From Pseudomonadota bacterium (GTDB lineage: Bacteria; Pseudomonadota; Gammaproteobacteria; Chromatiales; Chromatiaceae), in assembly GCA_039714995.1 (NCBI GenBank), contig JBDLII010000001.1, forward strand, positions 1 to 48,781: a stretch of DNA of 48,781 bases, given 5' to 3'. Below, piece by piece: positions 1 to 8,431 of the stretch. A model generated the notes under the pieces. It saw nothing but the letters and a program-made list of their open reading frames with translations, ran no database searches and was not told the DNA's origin. A program made the position numbers and the translations under genes. Each line of letters opens with the position of its first letter. The first letter of the stretch is position 1.

Positions 1-1649
1 TCCGACAGCAACGGCTTGCCTTCAAGCCCGGGAATCAGCAGTTTCTCACCGAGGCGCCATCCCTTGTCTGTAAAAAAACGCTGCCATGCAACTGCCGTCA
101 GTTGATTTGATAGCTGCAGCATCGCCTTGTCACCCGAAACTTCAGCCCAACTTTTCAATCCCTGTGCCACATAGGCATAGTCAGCCAGTGAAGCAGAGCC
201 AATCGCCCTGCCCCCTTCGGTTGAACGGAAAAGCTGCTTGCCATCCCACAGGGTTTTCAGCCAGTTCGCCAGTTCGGCAGCAGCCTTGCGATAGTCATCC
301 CGTTTCAATTGCGCCGCGGCCTCGCTGAAAGCAATCAGCAGCAGGCCATTCCAGGCGGCCAGTTGCTTGCTGTCGCGCGGGGCCTCCCTGGTGCTGCGCT
401 GCGCCATCAATTTTTGACGAATCTGCGCAATTGTCAGGTTGACCTGCCGGAGCGATCCTCCACCGGCTTCCGCAATGGAGTCAATCGATGCGCCGGCATG
501 TGGAAGCGCCTGCCCGGGCAGTTGTGCACCGAAACTGAAACTCCAGTGCTGCATGGCCAGTTTGAACTCATGCTCATTCAGCAGCTGACGCAGCTGCTGC
601 TCCCTCCACAGGTAGGATCCGCCCTCGTTGCCAGCGGCATCCACTGCCGAAAGACTGGCGATATAGGCGCCATTGCTTCCCTTCATCTGCTGCAAGACAA
701 AATCGAGGGTATCGGAGGCCACCTGCTGATAGCGGGGCTCATCCAGCAGGCTCGCGGCGCGCAGATAGAGAGAGGCCAGCTGCGCCTGGGTGTAGAGCAT
801 TTTTTCATAGTGGGGGGTCTCCCAGCCGGGATCGACCGTATAGCGGAAAAAACCGCCCGCGAGATGATCACGCAAACCTTTGGCCGCCATCTGCTCAAGG
901 GTGAGGCGCAGAAAGGCCTCAAGCTCCGGCGTTGGATGGATCTGCTGCGCCTCGAGCAGCAGACGCAGCTGCGGAGCCATCGGAAAACGGTTGCTGCGGC
1001 CGAATCCCCCCTGCAGGTCGTCACCTGCAGCCAACGCTGACGCAACCGCCTGCTGCAGCAGTTTGCCGCCATCCGGCAGCCCGGGCGACTGCGTGACTGT
1101 GTCTAACTGCTGCAGCTGCTGGTGGATCGCGAGCGCCATATCGCGCAGACGCTGTGGCTCCTGCTTCCACATCGCCTGCAGCTTTTCCAGTATTGTCTGG
1201 AACTGCTCCCTGGGCACGTAGGTCATACCGACCACCGGATAGCCGTCCGGCGTCAAAAAGACATTCAGCGGCCAGCCGGCATGTCCCTCGGTCTTCTCGA
1301 CAAAATCGATCAAATAGGCATCCAGCGCCGGCTGCAGTTCACGATCCACCTTGACGGGGATAAATCCTGCGTTCAGCAATTTCGCGACCTCGCTGTGCTG
1401 ATAGCTCTCCCGCTGCATCACGTGGCACCAGTGGCAGGAGAAGTAACCGCTGGAGAGATAGAGCAGCTTGTTGCTGGCGCGCGCCTCTTCAACGGCAGCC
1501 TCACTCCAGTCCCGCCACTGAACAGGATCATCACCGTGCATCGCCAGATAGGGAGAGGGGTGATTTTTCAGTGCATTCGATGCCTGAAGCTGCGCGCCAA
1601 CAAACAGCATCAGGGAGAGTGCTAATTGAATTTTTTTATACCCCATCAT
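1..1649 (-). CDS. Thioredoxin-domain protein of the DUF255/YyaL (SPATA20-like) family, apparently exported; C-terminus cut by the window edge
   Basis: Absent from the ORF track because it runs off the edge. Hand translation of the reverse strand from ATG-ATG at 1649/1646 gives MMGYKKIQLALSLMLFVGAQLQASNA, which looks like a signal peptide. It continues ...DPVQWRDWSEAAVEEARASNKLLYLSSGYFSCHWCHVMQRESY...GWPLNVFLTPDGYPV..., the CxxC thioredoxin block typical of DUF255. The frame stays open down to position 3. Confidence 0.75.
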   Translation of the reverse strand, partial: MMGYKKIQLALSLMLFVGAQLQASNALKNHPSPYLAMHGDDPVQWRDWSEAAVEEARASNKLLYLSSGYFSCHWCHVMQRESYQHSEVAKLLNAGFIPVKVDRELQPALDAYLIDFVEKTEGHAGWPLNVFLTPDGYPVVGMTYVPREQFQTILEKLQAMWKQEPQRLRDMALAIHQQLQQLDTVTQSPGLPDGGKLLQQAVASALAAGDDLQGGFGRSNRFPMAPQLRLLLEAQQIHPTPELEAFLRLTLEQMAAKGLRDHLAGGFFRYTVDPGWETPHYEKMLYTQAQLASLYLRAASLLDEPRYQQVASDTLDFVLQQMKGSNGAYIASLSAVDAAGNEGGSYLWREQQLRQLLNEHEFKLAMQHWSFSFGAQLPGQALPHAGASIDSIAEAGGGSLRQVNLTIAQIRQKLMAQRSTREAPRDSKQLAAWNGLLLIAFSEAAAQLKRDDYRKAAAELANWLKTLWDGKQLFRSTEGGRAIGSASLADYAYVAQGLKSWAEVSGDKAMLQLSNQLTAVAWQRFFTDKGWRLGEKLLIPGLEGKPLLS

Positions 1650-1764
1650 CTTTTTCCTGTCGCCCCCGGCCGCCGGCTGACATACAATCACAATGCAACT
1701 ATGATCATTTTTCAGCGTCCCAAACGCCGAGTATACTCTTCTTTATAATAGCCTGTATGCACGC

Positions 1765-2463
1765 ATGATGATGAAATCCCTCCTTTTTTTTGTTACAGCT
1801 CTGTGCTCCTCGGTTGTCCTGTCAGAGTGGTACACATTACCAAAAACCACCCAGGGAGAGGAGCTGCGTTACGACAACCGCACCAACCGGGTTGAAATCG
1901 TCAACGAGGCCGGCAGTCGCCCTCTCTGGAGCGGTGTACACAGGCTGGAGGATGGCCGGGTGCTGCGCATCGAAAGAGGCGTCGCCATTGCCGACAAGAC
2001 GGTACAGCGCGCCGTCCCTGCTCCGCAGCAGATATCTGACCAGGTCGACCCATGCACCGTACTGGAGAGGCAGAGTTGCGGACTGCGCACAGAGTGCGCC
2101 CAGAGCGAAAGCTGTCAACTGGCGCATCAACTGCAGGGATTCCATAACTCCGCCTCACTCTCGGACATGAGCAGGATTGAATCCCAGTGCAGAGAGGCCC
2201 TGGGCAACACGGCGATGTTCCCACCCTGCCCGATGCCGCCAACCGGCGCCTGGCGCACTGCCTGCAGTGACATCGTGATCAAGAGCTGTGGAAAATTCAA
2301 CCAGTGCCGGGAGAGCGAAGCCTGCGATGCGGCGCACCAGCTTGTCGCCATGGAGAATGAAGAGCGGCTCAACAAATGGGTGCCCTCCGAGCCCACCTAC
2401 ACGACCCGTCAGTGCGAAAAAGCTTTTGGCGACAACGACTTCTTTCCGATGTGCAAGCAATAG
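1765..2463 (+). CDS. Secreted cysteine-rich protein with an internal two-fold 6-Cys module; no family recognised
   Basis: Track ORF of 232 aa. The N-terminus MMMKSLLFFVTALCSSVVLSEW resembles a Sec signal. The mature part contains two copies of C-x7-C-x5-C-x5-C-x3-HQL...C-x12-C. Confidence 0.6.
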   Translation: MMMKSLLFFVTALCSSVVLSEWYTLPKTTQGEELRYDNRTNRVEIVNEAGSRPLWSGVHRLEDGRVLRIERGVAIADKTVQRAVPAPQQISDQVDPCTVLERQSCGLRTECAQSESCQLAHQLQGFHNSASLSDMSRIESQCREALGNTAMFPPCPMPPTGAWRTACSDIVIKSCGKFNQCRESEACDAAHQLVAMENEERLNKWVPSEPTYTTRQCEKAFGDNDFFPMCKQ

Positions 2464-2482
2464 GGAAGCTCTGATCGCAATA

Positions 2483-3124
2483 ATGACGCAAAAACCACAA
2501 CCAACCGAGATCCAGCTGCACAGCAAATCACGGCTGCTCTCTGTCACATTTGATGACGGCAGCCACTTTGAGCTGCCCTGTGAGTACCTGCGGGTATTCT
2601 CCCCCGCCGCCGAAGTGAGAGCCGATGACAAACCGGTCAGCGGCAAGGAGCAGGTCAATATCACCGCCATCGAACCACAGGGCAGCTATGCTCTCTCATT
2701 CGTCTTTGATGATGGCCACGACACCGGCATCTACTCCTGGGAGACACTCTACACGCTCGGCAGGGAGCAGGAGACAAACTGGCGGGACTATCTTCAGCGG
2801 CTTGAAGCGCATGGCATCGAGCGCAACAGCGGGGCAGGTGCGGGCGAACAACAGCGTCATGTCACCATACTCTACTTCGCTTACCTGGTGAACAAGCTGC
2901 GCAAGGAGTCGGAAGAGCTGTCACTGCCGAAAAATGTCGACAACGTCGAGAGCCTGCTGATGCATCTGCAGCGGCGAGAACGCGAACGCGGCTACCTGCT
3001 GGCCGCAGAGCATGTCAGGGTCACGGTGAACAGGGCATTCGCCGAATCATTCACCCGCCTCGATGATGGCGATGAGATCGGGATCACCCCTGTCACCCCG
3101 ACGCCCCCTGCTCCCCCGAAATAG
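2483..3124 (+). CDS. DUF971 domain fused to a MoaD/ThiS-like beta-grasp domain that lacks a C-terminal Gly-Gly
   Basis: Track ORF 2288-3124 trimmed to the in-frame ATG at 2483 (MTQKPQPTEIQLH...), 19 nt after the upstream stop. The N-half (..LSVTFDDGSHFELPCEYLRVFSPAAEV..FDDGHDTGIYSW..) is DUF971-like. The C-half (VTILYFAYLVNKL...LDDGDEIGITPVT) parallels E. coli MoaD (..DGDEVAFFPPVTGG, from memory) but ends PTPPAPPK. Confidence 0.65.
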   Translation: MTQKPQPTEIQLHSKSRLLSVTFDDGSHFELPCEYLRVFSPAAEVRADDKPVSGKEQVNITAIEPQGSYALSFVFDDGHDTGIYSWETLYTLGREQETNWRDYLQRLEAHGIERNSGAGAGEQQRHVTILYFAYLVNKLRKESEELSLPKNVDNVESLLMHLQRRERERGYLLAAEHVRVTVNRAFAESFTRLDDGDEIGITPVTPTPPAPPK

Positions 3125-3330
3125 CGAGCTTCAATCTATTCGTGTTCTCCAGCACGACTTTTTTGACAACCAGAATATCCACATGGAGCCAGCCATAGTC
3201 TGACGGCAACATCACCCGACTGCGACAGGAAATGAGTAAATCCTTTATCAGGATTATACAAGTACTCATATGTCGGCCTGGAGTAGCGCGCTCATGGATC
3301 TTTCTGAAACCGGCAGCCTGCCTCCGGTGA

Positions 3331-3813
3331 TCACCTGCTCCCTCTATATCCGCTGCTTCTCGCAAAGACAATGGCGTCTTCCCGTCCGCTGTCCGCGGGA
3401 TAGTAGTCGGGGCGAAAGCCGATCTCGTTGAAGCCGGCCAGATGGTAAAGCAACCTGGCGCGCTCGTTGGATGCCCGGACCTCGAGAAACAGGGTATCTG
3501 CATTTTTTTGCTCGGCAATCTGCATCATGTGGTTCAGCAGCTGCCGTCCTAGCCCCCTGCGCTGACTGTGCGGATGGATGCAGAGGTTCAGCAGATGCGC
3601 TTCGTCAGCGGCAACAGACATCACGCCGTAGCCGATGATCTGCTGCGCATTTTCAACGACCTCCATTTCATAACCGGCTGACAGGCAGTCCCTGAAGTTC
3701 CCCTCCGACCAGCAGTGCGCGTAGGCGATGGTCTCGATCTCCATCACGGTGGAGAGATCCCGCACCGTCATCGCCCGATAGCCGGGCGTCAGGTGTTGCA
3801 TGACCTCGCTCAC
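3331..3813 (-). CDS. rimI: Ribosomal-protein-alanine N-acetyltransferase (GNAT)
   Basis: Track ORF of 160 aa. The motif block ..LLNLCIHPHSQRRGLGRQLLNHM...LFLEVRASNERARLLYHLAGFNEIGFRPDYYPADSGREDAIVFA matches the RimI pattern. The GTG start at 3813 overlaps the upstream stop as GTGA. An ATG at 3801 is an alternative start. Confidence 0.8.
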   Translation of the reverse strand: MSEVMQHLTPGYRAMTVRDLSTVMEIETIAYAHCWSEGNFRDCLSAGYEMEVVENAQQIIGYGVMSVAADEAHLLNLCIHPHSQRRGLGRQLLNHMMQIAEQKNADTLFLEVRASNERARLLYHLAGFNEIGFRPDYYPADSGREDAIVFARSSGYRGSR

Positions 3814-4541
3814 TGCAGCTGTTTCATCAGCAGTTGCAGATCCTGCCAGGCCCTGGCCTTTTCACCCGGCTTGCGCAGCAGATAGGAGGGGTGATAGGTC
3901 ACCAGCAGTGGCACATGTGCTGCGCCATAGTGATGAATGCTGCCGCGCAGCCGCCCGACTGCCTCATCTGTTTGCAACAGGCTGGTTGCCGCAACACCGC
4001 CTGCGGCAAGAATCAGCTGCGGCTGAACCAGCTGAATCTGCTGCTGCAGATAGTCATGGCAGGCGCTAATCTCGCGTGCATTGGGATTGCGGTTGCCTGG
4101 AGGCCTGCACTTGAGGATATTTGTAATATAGACGCTCTCACGCGGGAAGCCCGCCGCCAGCAGCATCTGGGTCAGCAACTGTCCCGCCCTGCCGACGAAA
4201 GGCTCTCCCAAGCGGTCCTCATCCGCTCCCGGCGCTTCACCGATCACCATCAAGCGGGCGTTTTTATCCCCTGTGCCGAGAACGGTGTTGCTGCGGCTCT
4301 GGCACAGCGGACATTTCCGACAACTGCTGACGGCCTGCTGCAGCGACTCCCAGTTCGCCGGAGCCTGCGGCCGGGATTGACCGGCCGGTGGCTCATGTGA
4401 ATCCGACCGCTGTTGCTGCCCGGGATTGACCGCAACCTGCTCATCGAGCGGCGGCTCGCGGCGCACCCAGTACTGGATTCCCATGGCATCCAGCATCCGC
4501 CGGCGCCGGGAATCCAGCAGCATCGCGTCCGGACTCATCAA
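3810..4541 (-). CDS. Uracil-DNA glycosylase, family 4, with an N-terminal extension
   Basis: Track ORF of 243 aa. It contains the family-4 UDG motifs CRKCPLC...[35 protein letters not shown]...[13 protein letters not shown]...HPSYLLR. Confidence 0.8.
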   Translation of the reverse strand: MMSPDAMLLDSRRRRMLDAMGIQYWVRREPPLDEQVAVNPGQQQRSDSHEPPAGQSRPQAPANWESLQQAVSSCRKCPLCQSRSNTVLGTGDKNARLMVIGEAPGADEDRLGEPFVGRAGQLLTQMLLAAGFPRESVYITNILKCRPPGNRNPNAREISACHDYLQQQIQLVQPQLILAAGGVAATSLLQTDEAVGRLRGSIHHYGAAHVPLLVTYHPSYLLRKPGEKARAWQDLQLLMKQLQ

Positions 4542-6082
4542 ACGTCGCCCTGGGGATGGGCGCGCTCCTCTCTCTCCAGCAGCCGGTTGATACCGTTCAC
4601 GTAGGCCTTGGCCGATGCAATGACGATATCGGTATCGGCTCCCTGGCCGTTGATGATGCGGTCATCCTGTTTCAGACGGACAGTCACCTCACCCTGGGCA
4701 TCGGTGCCGGAGGTGATATTGTTCACCGAATACAGCTGTAATATTGCATCGATTCCGGCCAGTCGCTTGATCGCCTGGAAGGCAGCATCGACAGGCCCCC
4801 CGCCGCTGGCCGTGTCACTCACCTCCTCGCCGTCGATCGACAACACCACATTGGCGACAGGGGTCTCTCCGGTCTCGCTGCACACTTTGAGCGACAACAG
4901 GCGAAGGCGCTCGCTGACCGCCTCGCTGTCCGTCTCGGAGACCAGAACCTGCAGGTCTTCATCAAAGATCTCGTGCTTCTTGTCGGCAAGATCCTTGAAA
5001 CGGCGGAAGGTTTCGTTCAGATCATCCTCGCTGTCGAAGCGGTGCCCCAACTCCTCCAGGCGGGTGCGAAAGGCGTTGCGGCCCGAGTGCTTGCCAAGCA
5101 CCATGCGGTTTTTGCTCCAACCCACATCCTGGGCGCGCATGATTTCGTAGGTTTCGCGGTGTTTCAACACGCCATCCTGGTGGATGCCGGACTCATGGGC
5201 GAAGGCATTGGCACCGACAATCGCCTTGTTTGGCTGCACCGGGAAACCGGTCACATTGGAGACCAGCTTGGAGCAGCTGAGGATCTCCGTGGTGTCCAGC
5301 CCGGTTTCACACTGGTAGACATCAGCGCGCGTGCGCACCGCCATCACAATCTCTTCCAGCGAAGCATTCCCCGCACGCTCACCAAGGCCGTTGATGGTGC
5401 ACTCCACCTGGCGCGCGCCATGCATCACGGCAGAGAGTGAGTTTGCCACGGCAAGCCCGAGGTCGTTGTGGCAATGCACAGAAAATATCGCTTTATCCGA
5501 GTTGGGAACACGTTCGATCAGGGTGCCAATCGTCTCGCCAAACTGCCACGGCATCGCGTAGCCGACCGTGTCGGGCACATTGATGGTCGATGCCCCTTCA
5601 TCGATGACCGCCTCGATGATGCGGCACAAAAAGTCGATCTCCGAGCGGCCTGCATCTTCCGCCGAAAACTCGACATCGTCGGTATATTGACGCGCGCGCC
5701 TGACGGCCCTGACAGCCTGCTCGACAACCTGGTCAGGCGACATCCGCAATTTCTGCTCCATATGAATTGGAGAGGTTGCGATAAAGGTGTGGATGCGCGA
5801 TGCGTTGGCGCCCTTCAATGCCTCGCCGGCGCGATCGATATCCTTGTCCAGCGCCCTGGAAAGACCACAGACGGTGGAATCCTTGACCACCTGTGCAACA
5901 GACCTGACTGCTTCGAAATCACCCTGGCTGGCAATCGGAAAACCGGCCTCGATGACATCCACCCGCAACTTCTCCAGCGCCCTGGCGATGCGCAGTTTCT
6001 CATCCCGGGTCATCGACGCGCCCGGACTCTGTTCGCCGTCGCGCAAGGTGGTATCAAAAATCTTGAGTTGTTCTTTACTCAT
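4538..6082 (-). CDS. leuA: 2-isopropylmalate synthase
   Basis: Track ORF 4538-6106 trimmed to [24 protein letters not shown] (ATG at 6082), with GGAGAG 6-7 nt upstream. The HxH and TTLRDGEQ motifs are present and the length is about 514 aa. Confidence 0.95.
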   Translation of the reverse strand: MSKEQLKIFDTTLRDGEQSPGASMTRDEKLRIARALEKLRVDVIEAGFPIASQGDFEAVRSVAQVVKDSTVCGLSRALDKDIDRAGEALKGANASRIHTFIATSPIHMEQKLRMSPDQVVEQAVRAVRRARQYTDDVEFSAEDAGRSEIDFLCRIIEAVIDEGASTINVPDTVGYAMPWQFGETIGTLIERVPNSDKAIFSVHCHNDLGLAVANSLSAVMHGARQVECTINGLGERAGNASLEEIVMAVRTRADVYQCETGLDTTEILSCSKLVSNVTGFPVQPNKAIVGANAFAHESGIHQDGVLKHRETYEIMRAQDVGWSKNRMVLGKHSGRNAFRTRLEELGHRFDSEDDLNETFRRFKDLADKKHEIFDEDLQVLVSETDSEAVSERLRLLSLKVCSETGETPVANVVLSIDGEEVSDTASGGGPVDAAFQAIKRLAGIDAILQLYSVNNITSGTDAQGEVTVRLKQDDRIINGQGADTDIVIASAKAYVNGINRLLEREERAHPQGDV

Positions 6083-6436
6083 GGAATCTCTCCTGCATTG
6101 CCGCATCAGGCGGCAAACTCTGTCTCTTTCTTTCGTTGGATTGTTGCGTGTGTTTCAGGCCCTCGCCAGGGCATCTCTATTTGAATGCCCCAAAGGGCAG
6201 CAGTCGCAGGAGGGAGAGTAGATAGCGCGCAGCAGGAAGTCCGCTCATCGAATGAGCGCCAGTCGTGAAACTGATGGCAAAGTCCTGACCTTGCATAGCG
6301 GCTTGGTGAAAAGTATCGAAAAATATCTATGAGTACACAATATAACCCATCAAATCGCTTTTGCCAACACCCGCCAGTGGCAATATTTCCATTTGCCTGC
6401 TACCGGTTCACAAGTTATAGTTCGCCTTCAACCATA

Positions 6437-6660
6437 CTCCTGCGAGAGAGATCGGTGTTTCAGATGCCGACGCCGAAGGCGCAACTCCGCCCGGAATCGC
6501 TCAGGCAGAAGGATCGCGGGCATGGTGGCCATCGCACTCTTGTGAGGGTGACCGGGTTGACTCTGGAGAGCGGTTTATCCAAACCCACCGACGGGGCAGA
6601 AGACATCGAGGCCCTCCAGGCTTCAGGCTTCAAACTCTCAGGTTTCCGGACAGAGGGGCG
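6437..6660 (+). promoter_or_regulatory. Tandem glycine riboswitch (two aptamers) upstream of gcvT
   Basis: Aptamer 1 spans about 6439-6520 (..GCGAGAGAG..GACGCCGAAGGCGCAA..CUCAGGCAGAAGGAUCGCGGG). Aptamer 2 spans about 6560-6656 (..CUCUGGAGAGCGG..CCACCGACGGGGCAG..CUCAGGUUUCCGGACAGAGG). Both match the conserved GGAGAG / CCGAAGGGGCAA / CUCAGGNNNNGGAC core and sit in the classic position before a gcv operon. Confidence 0.8.
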
Positions 6661-6728
6661 GCGCAAGGGGCAATACTGTGACAGCAGTTTGCCCTCATCT
6701 GCCAGCCCGTAACTTTGGAGTCACCCCC

Positions 6729-7832
6729 ATGGATAATAGGACGCATAAAAAAACCATTCTGAACCAGACGCATCGCGAGATGGGCGCACGCATGACGCCT
6801 TTTGGCGGCTGGGACATGCCGGTCCATTACGGCTCACAAATTGACGAACACCATGCCATCCGCCGGCACGCCGGCATGTTCGACGTCTCCCACATGCAAA
6901 TCATCGATCTCAAGGGCAGCGACTGCAAACGCTACCTGCGTCACCTGCTCGCCAATGATGTCGAAAAACTGACAGCTCCCGGCAAGGCCCTCTACTCCTG
7001 CATGCTCAACGCTGAAGGCGGCGTCATCGACGACCTGATCGTCTATTTCATGGATGAAACCTGGTACCGCATGGTCGTCAACGCGGCCACCGCGAAAAAG
7101 GATCTTGGCTGGATCATGGAGCATGTTGACATCTTCGATGTCGAGGTGATTCCGCGCAGCGACCTGGCGATGATTGCCGTGCAGGGGCCAAAGGCCATTG
7201 AACTGACACTGCCGCTGTTGAACAACGAGCTGCGCGAGGCAGCGGCGGAGTTGAAGCCCTTTTCAGCGGCCTGGGATCCCAGCTGGTTCATCGCGCGTAC
7301 CGGCTATACCGGTGAAGACGGCTTCGAGATCCTGTTGCCGCAGAGCGACTGCGTCGCGCTGTGGAATGATCTTGCCGCTGCTGGAGTCTACCCATGCGGC
7401 CTGGGTTCACGCGACACCCTGCGCCTGGAAGCCGGCATGAATCTCTACGGACAGGATATGGATGAGAACACCACGCCGCTGGTTTCGGGACTCGGCTGGA
7501 CTGTCGCTCTTGAGCCCGAAGATCGTGATTTCATCGGCCGTGAAGCGCTTGAGAGACAGAAACAGCAGGGGGTACCCCAAAAGCTTGTCGGACTGGTTCT
7601 CGAGGGACGCGGCATTCTGCGCAGCCACCAGAAGCTGTATGTCGCCGACAAGCAGATCGGAGAGACCACGTCCGGCAGCTTTTCACCGACGCTTGAACGC
7701 AGTATCGCGCTCGCCCGCATCGACAGCGATGCCCCCGGGAGTTTCGAGGTGGAGATGCGCGGCAAACGCCTGCCCGTCAAGGTCGTCAAGTACCCCTTCG
7801 TCCGGCATGGCAAAGCCGCCACCGATCTCTAA
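6729..7832 (+). CDS. gcvT: Glycine cleavage system aminomethyltransferase T
   Basis: Track ORF 6678-7832 trimmed to [45 protein letters not shown]. The upstream part of the ORF overlaps the riboswitch. Confidence 0.9.
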   Translation: MDNRTHKKTILNQTHREMGARMTPFGGWDMPVHYGSQIDEHHAIRRHAGMFDVSHMQIIDLKGSDCKRYLRHLLANDVEKLTAPGKALYSCMLNAEGGVIDDLIVYFMDETWYRMVVNAATAKKDLGWIMEHVDIFDVEVIPRSDLAMIAVQGPKAIELTLPLLNNELREAAAELKPFSAAWDPSWFIARTGYTGEDGFEILLPQSDCVALWNDLAAAGVYPCGLGSRDTLRLEAGMNLYGQDMDENTTPLVSGLGWTVALEPEDRDFIGREALERQKQQGVPQKLVGLVLEGRGILRSHQKLYVADKQIGETTSGSFSPTLERSIALARIDSDAPGSFEVEMRGKRLPVKVVKYPFVRHGKAATDL

Positions 7833-7881
7833 CCTAAAACTTAATAACCTAAAACCTCCACCTTTTTCATGGAGCACTCTG

Positions 7882-8277
7882 ATGAGTAATACCCCTGATG
7901 AACTGAAGTACACCAAAACACACGAATGGGTCAAAGACAATGGTGACGGCACGGTCACCGTTGGCATCAGCGACCATGCCCAGGAGCTGCTCGGCGACCT
8001 GGTATTCGTCGAACTGCCTGAAGCCGGCAGCGAAATCTCGGCCGGCGACGAGGTTGCCGTGGTCGAATCCGTCAAGGCCGCTTCCGACATCTACAGCCCG
8101 CTCAGCGGAAAAATACTCGGCGTCAACGAAGTGCTGAATGAAGCCCCGGAAAGCATCAACGACTCGCCTTACGACGAAGGCTGGCTGTTCACGCTGAAAC
8201 CCGACGACGACAGCGAGCTCGGCGGCCTGCTCGATGCGGCTGCCTATAGCCAGCATGCCCAGGATGAGGAGCATTAA
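7882..8277 (+). CDS. gcvH: Glycine cleavage system H protein (lipoyl carrier)
   Basis: In-frame ATG at 7882 inside track ORF 7462-8277. The sequence reads [17 protein letters not shown]...[16 protein letters not shown], which includes the lipoyl-lysine motif. Confidence 0.95.
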   Translation: MSNTPDELKYTKTHEWVKDNGDGTVTVGISDHAQELLGDLVFVELPEAGSEISAGDEVAVVESVKAASDIYSPLSGKILGVNEVLNEAPESINDSPYDEGWLFTLKPDDDSELGGLLDAAAYSQHAQDEEH

Positions 8278-8278
8278 T

Positions 8279-8426
8279 GAAGGCTCTGATTCAAGTTGCT
8301 TCGCTCCTTGATCAGAGCATACTTACAAGTTTCATTACGGGGGAAGGGGAACTATCAATGGGCTACAATGCACAACAATATCGCCCTTCCCCCGAACCCC
8401 CATCCCATGGAATGAATCAGAGGTTC
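8279..8426 (+). mobile_element. MITE-like structured repeat, family B, copy 1 (about 148 bp), between gcvH and gcvPA
   Basis: It aligns by eye, in reverse complement, with 29238-29384. The ends are inverted repeats (GAAGGCTCTGATTCA ... TGAATCAGAGGTTC). An internal 10-bp stem is GGGGGAAGGG/CCCTTCCCCC. TTAAT pentamers flank it at 8274-8278 and 8429-8433. Confidence 0.6.
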
Positions 8427-8431
8427 CTTTA

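Noticed and set aside
309-1625. Plus-strand track ORFs 309-1040, 880-1221 and 1122-1625.
   Set aside because: They lie opposite the edge-truncated DUF255 gene that the track omitted. Only the minus-strand reading gives a coherent thioredoxin-domain protein.
2288-2482. N-terminal extensions in several track ORFs: 2288-3124, 21084-22301, 22237-22962, 28147-29076, 34572-35024, 39832-40092, 40214-41008, 4538-6106 and 6678-7832.
   Set aside because: The extensions overlap the preceding gene or a regulatory RNA and lack homology-like sequence. Internal ATGs with better spacing, Shine-Dalgarno sequences or N-terminal family matches were used instead.
6329-6712. A 127-aa plus-strand ORF upstream of gcvT.
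   Set aside because: It spans the two glycine-riboswitch aptamers. The sequence has no protein-like features, and the riboswitch explains the conservation-like structure.
7830-7855. An 11-bp direct repeat TAACCTAAAAC occurs twice, 15 bp apart, starting at the gcvT stop codon.
   Set aside because: It is very short and AT-rich, with only two copies. It is probably slippage or chance, and no function can be argued from the sequence alone.
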